Source: Octopus vulgaris (Eukaryota). From it: 64,000 nt of DNA. A program made the position numbers and the translations under genes. Shown here in pieces: positions 13,612-31,103 of this stretch. The stretch covers positions 97,650,001 to 97,714,000 of the forward strand of contig OX597818.1 in NCBI GenBank assembly GCA_951406725.2. The letters run 5' to 3'. Within the stretch, counting starts at the first letter, position 1; each line of letters opens with the position of its first letter. The notes under the pieces are model-generated. The model did no database searches. It was not told where the DNA came from and saw only the letters and a program-made list of their open reading frames with translations.

Positions 13612-13763
13612 AAGTTAATCCAAACAAGAAAACAAAAAAAAAAACACAACGCGAGGACGTGGAACAAATATAGTATTATTGGACGCTCAGGAAAGAAGGA
13701 GGGTTTATATGTATATATATCTATATATATATATGTCTCTCTCTCTCTATATATATATATATA

Positions 13764-13812
<49 letters not shown>

Positions 13813-13985
13813 ATATAGGGAGAGTTTACGAAAAAAACAAAAGACGAAGACAGGTGGTGTACAAAACAAACAGATGTATTAGCATAACGCTGAGGAATAG
13901 AAAAAGTCTTTTACGTTTCGAGCCTATGCTCTTCTACAGAAAGGGACACAGAAAAAACAAGGAGAGAAAAATGTGTGTAGAGAGA
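13610..13985 (-). mobile_element. Two Penelope-type terminal fragments embedded in (TA)n; variant hammerhead at 13908-13943
   Basis: 13610-13705 matches 59590-59700. 13818-13985 matches 16733-16915 and, inverted, 62612-62710. Minus strand CTGTAGAAGAGCATAGGCTCGAAACGTA. Confidence 0.6.
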
Positions 13986-14006
13986 CTTAGTTATTTTAAT
14001 ATTTCT

Positions 14007-14044
<38 letters not shown>

Positions 14045-14294
14045 TGTATGTATATATACATGTATATGCATATATGTATATGCATATATGTATATGTATA
14101 TATGTATATATGTATGTATGTATATATATATATATGTATATGCATATATGTATATGTATATATGTATGTATGTATATATATATATATATGTATATGCATA
14201 TATGTATATGTATATATGTATGTATGTATATATATATATATATGCATATATGTATATATGTATGTATATATGTATATATATGCACATATATGTA

Positions 14295-14336
<42 letters not shown>

Positions 14337-14883
14337 TGTGTGTGTGTGTATCTATATATATTTATATGTCTCTCTCTCTCTCTGTATATATATATATAAT
14401 AGCAACCAGACTATTGGATATTGTTATACTTCGCTGGTCACAATACGCTTTCTTGCACTGTTGTAGCTTTCGAATGGTGCTGCTCTGTTGGCTTGGTTGG
14501 CAATCCAATATTCCTCCTGAACCGAACGCCATTCCGTTAGAGGATTATCCATTTACAGCTGCGTGGACCGGAGCAACGTGAAATGAAATGTTTTGTTGAA
14601 GAACTCATTGTACTGTTCCATCTGAGAATCGAAACCTATGACGTTACCATCATCAATACAGTACCCTAACCACTAGACCCACACCCCTATACACATGCAC
14701 ATACATCAACAATCTCGCTCACACGTACAGACACACACACATACACATTCATATCTTAGTAGCTCAAGGGAGGTAACATAGCATTAGAGTTGCTTCCCAT
14801 GTTATACTTGAATTTGAGGTAGTTTCTACATGAAAAAGAAAATTTTCTCAATTTTTGTCAATCAATATATTTTTTTTAATAAT

Positions 14884-15069
14884 TTTTACTTGTTTTAGTC
14901 ATCAGACTGCGGCCATGCTGGGACATTGCCTCGAAGAATTTCAGTCGAACTAATTGATCCCAGTACTTATTTTGAAGCCTGGAACTCTTTTGCCGAACTG
15001 CTAAGTTACGGATCGTAAACACCAACACCGATTGTCAAGCGATGGTGCGAGACAAACATAAACACAAAG

Positions 15070-15102
<33 letters not shown>

Positions 15103-15610
15103 TACATACATACATACATACATACATACATACATACATACATACATACATACATACGGTACTACTTGAGAAGTGTGGTCCCTGTGCGCGCACTCGCGTA
15201 CTCGCGCATCTGCGCTAGCTAGTCGTGACTAGTCGATCCTACAACGACTACCTAGCAAAGTAGATAAAACACAAAATAATTTTTTTACACCAAGTAAATA
15301 GTTTTTTAAAAAATAAAGCAAATAAAACACAAAAACACAAAGTAAATAAAACAAAAACAAAGCAAGGATCGACTAGTCACGACTAGCTAGCGCGGATGCG
15401 CGAGTAAGCGAGTGCGCGCACCGGGACCACTGTTCTTAAGTAGTACCATACATACATACATACATACATACATACATACATACATACAGCGTTTCTTTCA
15501 GTTTCAGTCTACCACATCCCTTCACAAGGCTTTAGTCAGCCCGAGGCGATAGTAGAAGTCACTTGCTGAAGGTGTCACGCAATGGGACTGAACCCGGAAC
15601 CATGTGGTTG
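14884..15610 (-). mobile_element. SINE family A interrupted by a MITE
   Basis: Tail at 14884-15070, (CATA)n, head part at 15490-15610. Confidence 0.8.
15157..15448. mobile_element. MITE, 292 bp, ~84-bp GC-rich TIRs, TA target duplication
   Basis: 15157-15240 is the near-perfect reverse complement of 15365-15448. TA at 15155-15156 and 15449-15450. Confidence 0.9.
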
Positions 15611-15659
15611 TATCTAATTTTCAAGAATTGAAACTCCATAATGCATGATTCATATATAT

Positions 15660-16700
15660 ATTTTCTAGAGATGTAAATAATTATCCAACTTTTGTGTCAT
15701 TTAATTAATAAATTCATTTGGAAGACGAAACAGTAAGAAAATGGTTAAAAAAATATCGGAGTAAAAAAAAGAAAACAAGGAAGCTTTTTGATCCCATTTT
15801 CAGTCAACCATTGTTGATTCCTTATCGCTGTGTGGCATGGAGCCCCATCATTTTCGTTATGTTATCGTGTGAATACATCGGAAGTAGTCCTTGCTTAAGT
15901 ATTTCGATGTATTTTTCAGAGTTTATGGTTCCAACACATTCGATCAGCTCAGAACGACCATTGCTGGTGACAGCTCCCCATACCATTACAGAGATACTGC
16001 CATGTTTCGCAGTTGGTTGGAGTCGTTTCAAATCAAATTCTTGATTGGGAAGCCTCCAGACCCAAACACGTCCACTGTCTGAAAATAATGCAAATCTGGA
16101 TTCATCTGAGAAAATCACTCTACCCCAAAATGAACTGGATTTTTGTGACATCTTCTCAGCCCATTTCTTTCTTTTCATGATATTAAATGGTTGAAGGAGA
16201 GGTTTTCTTCTAGCTGCTCGTCCATAATACCCAAGCTTATGCAGACATGTAACACACGTTCTTGGACTAACTTCTATCTGTGTATTGCGATGTCAGAAGC
16301 CTTCGAACGGTGTTCGTTTTCCATAATTCTCTTCAAACAGGGAAGCTTCCTTTCCGGGGGCCCAGGTCAGCCGGGACGAGAATCTGTTGATTCTTTTCCT
16401 TGGCTTCTGAATTGCACTACAATTCTATTAACTGTAGCAAGAGGAATTTGAAGGTTTTCGGCAATTTTTCGCTGGCTAAGACCAACCCCAGATTGCCCAG
16501 CAATACGATCTCGTTGAAAATCTGACAGTTCTGCTGAATTTTTTGTGCGTGGCATGGTTACTCTTCGCAAATTTAATATAATGGCTCCTGGAATGAAAAA
16601 GAATAGTTAATTATAAATTCTATACCGCTGAAAACATATTAAGACGCTTAGATCAGAAATTTTGAAAATTAAAGGTGTCTATTTACTTCCTGCATTTGTG
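15660..16700 (-). mobile_element. Degenerate Tc1 transposon (transposase pseudogene ~15822-16555)
   Basis: N-terminal [45 protein letters not shown] and catalytic-domain motifs [25 protein letters not shown]. Frameshifted and 3' deleted. Confidence 0.9.
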
Positions 16701-16732
16701 TGTGTGTGGATATATATATATATATATATATG

Positions 16733-16915
16733 TAGGCAGAGTTTACGAGAAAAAAAAAAGACGAAGACAGGCGGTGTACAAAACAAACAGATGTATTAGT
16801 ATAACGCTCAGGAATAGAAAAAGTCTTTTACGTTTCGAGCCTACGCTCTTCTGCAGAATGGGACACAGAAAAAACAAGGAGAGAAAAAAATGTGTGTAGT
16901 GGCTAACGATCTATC
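16733..16915 (-). mobile_element. Penelope-type terminal fragment with variant hammerhead (16825-16860)
   Basis: Minus strand CTGCAGAAGAGCGTAGGCTCGAAACGTA, abuts (TA)n. Confidence 0.6.
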
Positions 16916-16924
16916 GTACATTAT

Positions 16925-17230
16925 ATTACGTGATCACGTGACCGACCAGGCCATCAGATGTTGCAACACATCACTGGTCATAATGCGCTTCGCATTATTT
17001 TAGCCTTCAATGACGCCACCCCGCTGGCTAAGCGAGCAGGCCAACAGAAGAAAGAGTGAGAGAAAGTTGTGGTGAAAGAGTACAGCAGGGATCGCCACCA
17101 CCTGCCGGAGATCGTGGAGCTTTAGGTGTTTTCGCTCAATAAATACTCACAACGCCCAGTCTGGGAATTGAAACCGCGATCCTACGACCGCTAGTCCGCT
17201 GGCCTAACCACTAGACGATTGCGCCTCCAC
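16925..17230 (-). mobile_element. SINE family B head with an alternative 3' tail
   Basis: 17050-17230 matches 1840-2020, but the tail differs. Confidence 0.78.
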
Positions 17231-17737
17231 ATATGTACATTATATATAAGTATATATATGTACACATATATATATAACTATAATGTACACACACACACAC
17301 ACACATGCTTGTGTCTGTGTTTGCACCCCACCCCGCTATCATTTGACAACAGAGTCTGGTGTGTTTATGTCTCCATACATTTGCGGTTCGTCAAAGAAGA
17401 CCGATAGAATAAGTACTCGGCTTGCAAAGAATAAGTCCCGGGGTCGACTAAAACCCTTTAAGGCGGTGCTACAGCATGACCGCAGAATTAAAGAGCATAA
17501 ACATTAACGCATTGCTAATGAAAAAGCATATATGTGGAAGATGGAATCCAAGGGCTCCTCCCACAATTAGAATAACTATGAGATGTGTATAACGGTAGGT
17601 ATAGGCAGATGTTGAGAAAGAGACCTACGTACGTACGTACGTTCGTATGTATGTATGTATGTATGTATGTATGTATGTATGTATGTATGTATGTATGTAT
17701 GTATGTATGTATGTGTGTGTGTATATATATGTATACA

Positions 17738-17809
<72 letters not shown>

Positions 17810-17990
17810 TATACAAAATAAGAAAATGGAGGAATAGATTCCTTTCAATCATCAACTTACAGATAATACCAATTCATATAATTTATTAACTAATCAAATA
17901 AGAACATCCAAATCCAACATAATAAAACAGAATAAAACAATATACATCAATAAGTAAGATAATACCATAAAAATAATACATATACAATGG

Positions 17991-18116
17991 ATCTTACAAC
18001 TGTTTCAGCCTGTAGATAAGGGTATCTCATTATGCCTATATTAGTCATATGTATTGAGGTAATATGCAGTTAAAAATGAGTTACTTATATATATCTCTCA
18101 ACGCCTCATCAGAGAT
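17991..18116 (-). ncRNA. Type I hammerhead ribozyme motif with long stem II insertion (Penelope-type)
   Basis: Minus: ATCT-CTGATGA-GGC...~100 nt...GCT-GAAA-CAGTT-GTA-AGAT. Canonical core, GUA triplet, 4-bp stem I. Confidence 0.55.
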
Positions 18117-18175
18117 TATAAAGTTACACTCATAACCCCTATCTCACTTTATATATATATAGAGAGAGAGAGAGT

Positions 18176-18472
18176 GAAGGCGCTTCGAGCTTACAACTGT
18201 GAAGTTGTGAGTTCGAATCCCGGACCGGGCTGTGTGTTGTGTTCTTGAGTAAGACACTTTATTTCACGTTGCTCCAGTAGAAATGAGTTGCAACGTCACA
18301 GGTGCCAAGGTGTATCGGCCCCTTTACCTTTCCCTTGGATAACACAGGTGGTGTGGAGAGGGAGGCCGGTGTGCATGGGCGACTGCTGGTCTTCCATAAA
18401 AAACTTTTCCCGGAGGGTAACTTTCTAGCTGCCTAGGTGCAATCCCATGGTCAGTCATGACCGAAGGGGGTT
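18176..18472 (+). mobile_element. SINE family C (A-box region deleted)
   Basis: B box GAGTTCGAATCCC and CORE-like TGTGTTCTTGAG.AAGACACTTTATTTCAC. Related to 38968-39262 and 58444-58706. Confidence 0.82.
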
Positions 18473-18493
18473 TCAGCAGTACACACACACACA

Positions 18494-18548
<55 letters not shown>

Positions 18549-18570
18549 AGGGTGAGAGAAGTTAAGGTAG

Positions 18571-18624
<54 letters not shown>

Positions 18625-18827
18625 CCAGTTGCGATAGATATCTGTCAAAAGGCCGCCAGACAAGTCTGTGTCTGTGTGTCTGCGCATGACTGTGTGTACG
18701 CGCGCGCGCGCGCGCGTGTATGTGCATGCATTCGCGTGTCTTTGTGTTTGTCTCCACCAACCCATAACAACCTGTGTTGGATTATTTAAATATCCATAAT
18801 GGTCTGTCCTACGAACTTTATCGTTAA

Positions 18828-20300
18828 ATACCAGACTTGTCTGGAGACCTTTTGACAGACATCTACCGCATGTGAAAGCAGAAAGGGAGTATCTTCAGTT
18901 CTGTGAGACGAAGAGCAGTGGCGCTGATGAGAAAGGACCTAAATAAGGGGATTACATTGATAAATTTTGGCTCATAACCCTGCTAAAGGCAGATCTCAAT
19001 ACTTTGGCCTAGAAGTTGACACTTGTCGATGGTTTGAGTGATGATGCGCAAACATGTGCCATCCCGAACAGATCTACCCACTACAATATCTGCTTCACGC
19101 GATACACATTAGAAAGGGTGGGTAAGGAACCTGGCATGAGTGACGGTCATCTTAGATTAGTCGAAAGCTTTTGATGGGATTCACCACCGGTACTTGGCGG
19201 CAGTTCTCACGGCAACCAATTTCGGTCTGGTTTTCCGCGGTTAGATTGTGGAAAATACTGTAATATCTACTCCGAAGTGAGGGTGAATGCTCACTTATCG
19301 GGACTATTCCACCCATTCGGGCCACCACGATAACCCTTTCACTTGTTCTCTATGTGTGCTGACTACGGAGACACTCCTGCAGAAACTGGAAGCATTCAAC
19401 TGGAAGCACGAACTCGAATGCGGAAGATCCATGTCGGTGTAAGCGGTCAACGTTACCGTCATAGCGTTGGACACTGGAAACATTGGAGGTGATCGGCTCT
19501 GTCCTAAGGAACTATAAGGTGGTGTCAAGAGCAAAAGATCAACCAAAAAGAGTCAGTTAGCCCTTATTTCGGTTTTTGGAGAGACAGGACATCAATAGTC
19601 CGAGTTCATGTCTGACCAGAATGGAACTCCCACTTTTCCGCTTTTTATGGAACGGACGTTTTTCCCTGAGTGGAGGACTGGACGTGCTGTGGCTGATGAT
19701 GTTCAGACATACTGGAACTGCAACATCTTCAGCAATTTCTTGACCGTGAATAGATGTAGCCATTGTTTGTCAGACGAGTTTCCCCACAGTTCGTCTCTTT
19801 GACAAAGCTACAGTCCTAGGTCTTAGCAAAGACCGAGACAAGGCACTTGACATCTGGAATGTCGTCAAGCACTCACAGTCACACTGGTAATACAATTAGT
19901 GGAAGTTCCACGCTCGAGTTCTATGGAGGAGTAGAAGCAGGCAAGCGCAAACGTTTTCGAGAGAAACATAGGTATCAACGAGATTCAACTGGCTGGTTTG
20001 TTCTGGAGAACTTTCGGGTAGGGTTGTGCCTTCTAGCTGAGTAATACTACCGTGGGGAGGCGCGTTGCCGGTTCATGATAAACTCTACAAGAAGTGCTGC
20101 CATCCAGATATATCCGAGATGGGCGCAAGCAACGAAAATGCTCTGCACGCACATGTCCATCGTTCCGATCATTGCTGACTTGTGGAATTATGTCGAACAC
20201 TTTTTGACACGTGTAGGACGAACCCAACTATCAAATGAGCGAAAATCGTCCAGCCGTCTTCCTTTGACCGGGAAGGGCAGTCACAGTTTTTATTCCAAAT
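18828..20300 (+). mobile_element. Degenerate L1/Tx1-clade LINE ORF2 (RT and C-terminal region)
   Basis: Broken translation LD*SKAFDGIHHRYLAAVL...FGLVFRG*I (RT motif LDxxKAFDRVxH) at ~19150-19250, and zinc-knuckle region IADLWNYVE at ~20170-20200. Confidence 0.8.
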
Positions 20301-20311
20301 GGTTTTAGCGA

Positions 20312-20600
20312 TAAGGCGCATGGCTTAGTGTTTAGAGGTATTCGGCTCTTGATCGTAAAGTTGTGAGTTCGATTCCTGGCGGCTCGTTTACGTCCTTGAG
20401 CAAGACATTTTATTTCACGCTGTTCCAGTCCACTCAACTGGTAAAAATGTGTAGTACCTGTATTTCAAAGGGCCAGCCTTGTCATATTCTGTGTCATACT
20501 GAATCTCCCTGAAAACTACGGTAAGGTTACGCGTATCTGTGGAGTGCTCAGCCGCTTGCTTGTTAATTAAATGAGCAGGCTGTCCCGTTGGTCGACTGTC
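20312..20600 (+). mobile_element. SINE with family C head and the tail seen on the family B copy at 1640-1820
   Basis: GTACCTGTATTTCAAAGGGCCAGCCTTGTCA..CTGTGGAGTGCTCAGC matches the reverse complement of 1690-1820. Confidence 0.72.
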
Positions 20601-21315
20601 CCATCGATCGGTATGATGTGTATCAGTTAATAACTGTAGCGAAAGAGGTTGAACAGTGGACCAGATTGAACGGGCTGAAGATATATGCTTTCCTCTTTGG
20701 TCAACCCCCCCATCAAATTTTGCAAGTTTCACTTAAAAATTAAAGTAGAAGTAACGACCTCTTTGAAATAGAATATGTCAAAAGACGAGAGAATGAAAGA
20801 ATCGCATGTTTGCAACATCAAAAGAGACATTGGAGAATAAATAAAAAAGTTGGACGAGTGTCTCCAAGATGAAATCCTTAAGGCTTCCTAAGTTATAACG
20901 TGAAAACTTACCCATATGGATCAATATTTACCCGATCGTTGCTTGAATGCTTACGAATAACATATATTAATTTCGGGAAGGGAGTAAATCGATTACATCG
21001 ACCTTAATGTTCAACTGTTATTTAATGTATCGACCTCGAAAGAACGAAAGGCTAAATCGACCTCGGCGGAATTTTAAATTCAGAACGTGAAGACGGACGA
21101 AATGCTGCCAAGTATTTTGCCCCACGTGGTAACGATTCTACCAGATCACCACCTTACTTATGAATAAAATACATTCACAATTTCTGAATTAGGTGTATGT
21201 ATCAGCAGGGGACGAGCTCTTATTGATTTCAAAGAAGCCAGAGACAGAAGAGGTGATGTACAAGCCTTACTACAAATACGTATAGGAAGAAATACAAGAT
21301 TTCTATAAGTGAATA

Positions 21316-21555
21316 TTTATGGAAGACCAGCAGTCGCCCATGCACACCGGCCTCCCCTCTCCACGCCACCTGTGTTATCCAAGGGAAAGGTAAAGGGGCC
21401 GATACACCTTGGCACCTGTGACGTTGCAATTCATTTCTACTGGAGCAACGTGAAATAAAGTGTCTTACTCAAGAACACAACACACAGCCCGGTCCGGGAT
21501 TCGAACTCACAACTTCACAGTCGTAAGCTCGACGCTCTAACCACTGAGCTAAGCG

Positions 21556-21560
<5 letters not shown>
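21316..21560 (-). mobile_element. SINE family C, part of an inverted duplication of 18110-18400
   Basis: Shares a private deletion and flanking sequence with the 18.2-kb copy. Confidence 0.82.
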
Positions 21561-21638
<78 letters not shown>

Positions 21639-21681
21639 GAGATAGGGGTTTTGAGTGTAACTTTATAATCTCTGTAAATTA

Positions 21682-21715
<34 letters not shown>

Positions 21716-22131
21716 CATGCTTCTCTCTCTCTTGCTCTATGTATGTATGTATGTATGTATGTATGTATGTATGTATGTATGTATGTATGTATGTATGTAT
21801 GTATGTATGTATATGTAAAATGTACCATATAAGCAGATAAAATATTGTATAATATAATATAATATAATATAATGTATATATATCGATATACGTTTCTCTC
21901 TCCTTTGACTCCCCCACCTTCTCTTTCTGGCTACTCACACACGCGCGCAAAAAAAGACATATATACAGGCATATATGCATAAATATATATTTATACATAC
22001 ATAGATGCAAATTTATATGTGTATGTGTATGCGTATGTGTGTGCATATGTAATATGTAAATTATATTATATTATATATATATATTATATTATATTATATA
22101 TATATTATATTATGTTATATCATATTATATA

Positions 22132-22231
22132 NNNNNNNNNNNNNNNNNNNNNNNNNNNNNNNNNNNNNNNNNNNNNNNNNNNNNNNNNNNNNNNNNNNNN
22201 NNNNNNNNNNNNNNNNNNNNNNNNNNNNNNN
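22132..22231. other. Assembly gap (100 N)
   Basis: Run of 100 n, typical of a placeholder gap of unknown size. Confidence 0.99.
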
Positions 22232-22900
22232 TTTTAATCCAAACGGGAAACAAAAAAAAACAACAACAAGGGAACAATTACAGTATTATTATTAATAGGC
22301 GCTCAGGAAATGGAAGCAGGAAGGTATGACGTTTCGAGCGGAGCTCTTCGTCGGAAACATAAAGAAGGAAGAGAGAGGAAAGAAAGATCCCGGAGCGGGC
22401 AACGGAGATAGAGAAAAAAACGGCTGGTGTTAGCAGAAGCACATGGTGAAAGGCGGATGTTTACGATAACAAGAGCAAAGTGGGTTTTTAAAGGCAAAAG
22501 AGTGGAGACAAGGTTGGTAACGCAACAGATGTGTGTGTATGTGTGAGTGTGTGCGTGTGCGTGTGTGTATGTGTGTGTGTGAGGCGAGGTAAAAAAACAA
22601 AAAATATATGTATGTGTTAGTGTGTGCGTCTGTGTGTAGGCGTGTGAGGTAGGGCGAGACGGTGGTCAGCATAGCAGACAAAGGTCAGTAGTGAGAAAAG
22701 GGAGGAAGGAGGAAGGGAGGGAGGGGAAGGGGTGGGGGCGTATGTAGCGTGCCAGCGTGTGTTGAGTGGTAGTGTGTGTGTGTGTCCAGTGTCGTGGTAG
22801 TATTAGTGGCGAGTAGATTGAATGTGTGTAAGAGTGAGGTATATGTTTAAGCAATGTGTGTATATGTGTGCGCGTGTGTGTAACGAAAAAAAAGGGGGGG
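22232..22900 (-). mobile_element. Penelope-type terminal repeat with variant hammerhead (22324-22360)
   Basis: Minus strand CCGACGAAGAGCTCCGCTCGAAACGTC. About 500 bp nearly identical to 36626-37133. Confidence 0.62.
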
Positions 22901-22918
22901 GGGGTTTAGGAAAAGGAT

Positions 22919-24997
<2,079 letters not shown>

Positions 24998-25103
24998 AAA
25001 TTTACGCGTGAACAACTACATCAGTGGTGTTTAAACGAGACCAGAAACAATATGAAAGAACATAGACAAAGATAAAAATGAGACAAAAAATAGAAAATAG
25101 AAA

Positions 25104-25141
<38 letters not shown>

Positions 25142-25679
25142 AAAAAAAGAAACGTGATATGATGGTTTCAATAACGAAAGATTCTTACACCGAAATCTTA
25201 GCCGAAGGAACCGACTTGGTTAGCGAGCACCTGAGCATGACGACTGGGGAATTCATAAACCGTTTTTATCTTATTCTAAACATATTTACTATGGTGAGTC
25301 TTACTTGAAATAGGCGAGTGTTGTTCTGTCTTAAAATATGTCTAGCGCATATTGTATTGTAATAATGTAATTTGCTGTTTACAGGACACAGATGGTTTCA
25401 TAGAAAACAACAACAACAACAATAATTAACGTGGAATAAAATTATGGGTGTGTGGATACACACACACACACGCATATATATGTGTGTATGTGTGGCGTAT
25501 ATATATATATATATATATATACTCATACACATACATACACATGATGTATGCAAGTGTGTGTGTCTGTGCGCGTATGTTAGCATGTGTGTGTATACAAAAA
25601 GGAAAAACTGAAAAGTTCCTATATCACCTGTTTCGGTCGTTTGTTTTTAACGGTTTTATAATATATGCAGGCACACGCA

Positions 25680-27905
<2,226 letters not shown>

Positions 27906-27908
27906 ATA

Positions 27909-28425
27909 CCGTAAATCCTCGAGTATAATCCACATTTTTTCCCCAAATTTAAAGGTTAAAATCCCTAGTGCGTACTATATATGAGGTTAAAACTGAAAGA
28001 TATTTTCTAAGCAATGTCCGAGTCTCTATTTGCTGTCCGGCAATGTTTATTCAGACGCATTTTGTGATGTCGGGCGCGAAAATATCTTAAGCTAAGCCTG
28101 AAAGCAATGAAGTCATATAAGAATCATCCATAACTTGCAGTAAGCAACATTTATTAAAATAAGTATTCAGAACAGAGAATAACATGTAACAAAGACAATT
28201 TGCAAACATATCTACATTCCCATATAAGTTAAGAAACTCACCATTATTGTAGAGCGCATGTACGGAAGTGTTTGTTCGACTAGGTGCTGCTGGCTTAATT
28301 ACGCACGACTCAAGTTAGAGAAGGGGTGCGTATTATACACAAAGTTTAGGTTTTACATAAGTACAACCCTCTAAAAATCCCCTGCGTATTATACTCAAGG
28401 GCAGACTATACTCGAGGAATTACGG
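27909..28425. mobile_element. Tc2/pogo-type MITE, ~517 bp
   Basis: TIR CCGTAAATCCTCGAGTATA / TATACTCGAGGAATTACGG with TA on the left. Second copy at 54314-54831. Confidence 0.88.
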
Positions 28426-28670
28426 CATATATATATGTGTATGTACACACACACACGCTTGCTTCCCAGCCTTATGGTTCCGGTTTCAGTGTCACTGCGT
28501 GACATCTTGGGCAAGTGTCTTCTACAATAGCCTCGGGCCGACCAAGTCCTTGTGAGTGGATGTGGTAGACGGAAACTGAGAGAAGCCCGTCGTACATATA
28601 TATGTATATATATATATACTAACATACACACACGCACATATACATGTGCATGTGTATGTATATATATATG

Positions 28671-28721
<51 letters not shown>

Positions 28722-28728
28722 ATATATA

Positions 28729-30344
28729 TTGGGTTGGCCAAAAATTCCATTCGGTTTTTGTCAGCATCAAACTCCAAGCTAATTTTAATCTGTCCTTTGC
28801 GCATGCGTCCTGGTTAGATACTTGACACTTCAGCGTAGTTCGAAACGAACTTGCGACAAGACTGGTTGTAATATGTGTGCTTGGCATTACCCTGTAAATG
28901 GAGAGCCAACACGAATATTACCAATACTTTATACCTTTTTATTTGAAAATAAGATAAGAATGCGGCCGAACCTGTAGGAAGATATGTGCTGTGTACGGAA
29001 ATGATACTGTTTTGGAACGTTAGTGCCAGAAGCTGTTTTCAAGATTTTGATCGTGAAATATTTCGGTTCATGATGCACTTCCCTCTGGCCGGTGCGAAAT
29101 TTTTTTCCACGAGAGTTCCGGATCCCAGTAATGAACTCATTTGCAAACAGCCAATCAGAGCTTACCTTGACCTTGCTGTCAAGTTAACAAAGGTTGGCAT
29201 TCATGAACGGTGTTGTAAGTCGACCGATCGCCAAGTTATGCTCGATTTTAGGAGACAAGTAATTAGATAGATTTGCATTTATACCTATTATCGGATTTTG
29301 TTAGGACCCCATATGGTAAAGATGTGGATGGGGAAAATGTGGGTTGGGCTGATATGCTAGCACAAATAACTACGTAGAGGCAACCATCGTTGAACCAAGA
29401 ACAAGAACAAGCATTACTAAAAGAGAAAAGAAGCATGGTCATTCCTTACCCAAGTGACCTTATCTTATCGCCCATCACTTATGCGCTCATAAATTAGTTT
29501 GATAGTTCTGTCCTGATTGGTTGTATGCAAATGAGTTCATTACTGGGGTCCGGAACTCTCGTGGGAAAAAATTTGCTCGCCAGCCAACCCCCATTATATG
29601 ACAAGGATGATAGAAGATATTCTTAAATATCTATAACCATTTTTGAAAGCCATTTGCATCAGTATACACGAATGTTTGGGTCCCATATCAAGTAAATGAG
29701 GCTAACCTCGCCAAAAGGATTACCATCTGTGTTGCATTACAGAAGCATGAAGAAAACGATCCTTTTTTATGAGAATGGTGACAGGGAACAAAAAATGAAT
29801 TGTCAATAAAAATATGAAGCGTAAACGATCATGGGGAAGCGCAGCAATCCACACCAAACAAGCTCCAAAGCAGGACTTCATTCGAAAAGGTTATGCTTTC
29901 AATTTGATGGGATTGGAAAGGTATTGTCTTTTATGAGCTTTTTCCCACGGACAGGACCATCAATTAGGATGTGTGCGATCCAACCGAAACGTCTAGCATT
30001 TGTTACGACAGTGCCAAACCGCACATTTCTTTGTAGATGTGGCAGAAGTTACTGGGGTTTGGTTGGGAAGTTTACCACTCCATATTTGCCCGACCTTGCG
30101 CTTTCATATTTTCACGTGTTTCAGTGACTTCATGGATCTTTAAAGCGGATGTCAAAATTCGCCTGGGAGTGTTTCTCGTCGGTAACGATACGAAATTCTT
30201 TGAGCAGGGAATAATGGATCTGTTTACAAGATGGCAGAAGAAACTGGAACGAGACAGTAATAATATCAGTGATAGAATAAGCCGTTTTGTGTTCAAAACT
30301 TGTCTTATTTTCGCTTATAAAACCGAGTTTTTTTGAGAGCCCAA
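28729..30344 (+). mobile_element. Degenerate mariner transposon
   Basis: TIR-like TTGGGTTGGCCAAAAA. Remnants CRKICAVYG, SGR, WVP (~29677), MVTG, and YLPDLALSYFHVF (= YSPDLAPSDYHLF). Confidence 0.88.
29093..29580. mobile_element. MITE nested in the mariner, ~65-70-bp TIRs
   Basis: AATTTTTTTCCACGAGAGTTCCGGATCCCAGTAATGAACTCATTTGCA..CCAATCAG is mirrored at 29513-29575. Confidence 0.8.
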
Positions 30345-30469
30345 CACATGCGCGCGCGCACACACACGTGCACGCATTTATATATATATACATACACACA
30401 CACACACACACATACACATATATATATACATTTACACATATACATATCTATATATACATACATATACAT

Positions 30470-30547
<78 letters not shown>

Positions 30548-30550
30548 CAT

Positions 30551-30602
<52 letters not shown>

Positions 30603-31058
30603 ACACATATACATATATATATATATAAACACATACATACATATGAGTATACATACATACACAGACACCCACGCGCGTACCATTCACACACATACACATA
30701 CAAACGCACACACATTGATTTATGAGTATGAGCGTATACTGTGTGACAGATCGCATACAGAATGGGGTGTTGATAAAAATATGGAATAAAAAAGTAAAAA
30801 GCAAGACCCCCCCTCCTTCACATTCTACATTCTTCACTACAAAAGAAAGTCTAGTGATAAATATTAGGGATGAGATAATTGAGTAAGATTAAAAGGAAAA
30901 TTCGTTGGAACAGTAATTACATTAAGAAAATATTATAAAATGTGGAGCTTTACACAAACACCCAGGAAGCTTTGAGGAAGGAAGCATTAAACCATGTTTT
31001 TTGTTTGGTTATGCATGTGTTTTTCTGCATTCCTTCCATCTGAATGAGAGAAAAAGCG

Positions 31059-31103
<45 letters not shown>

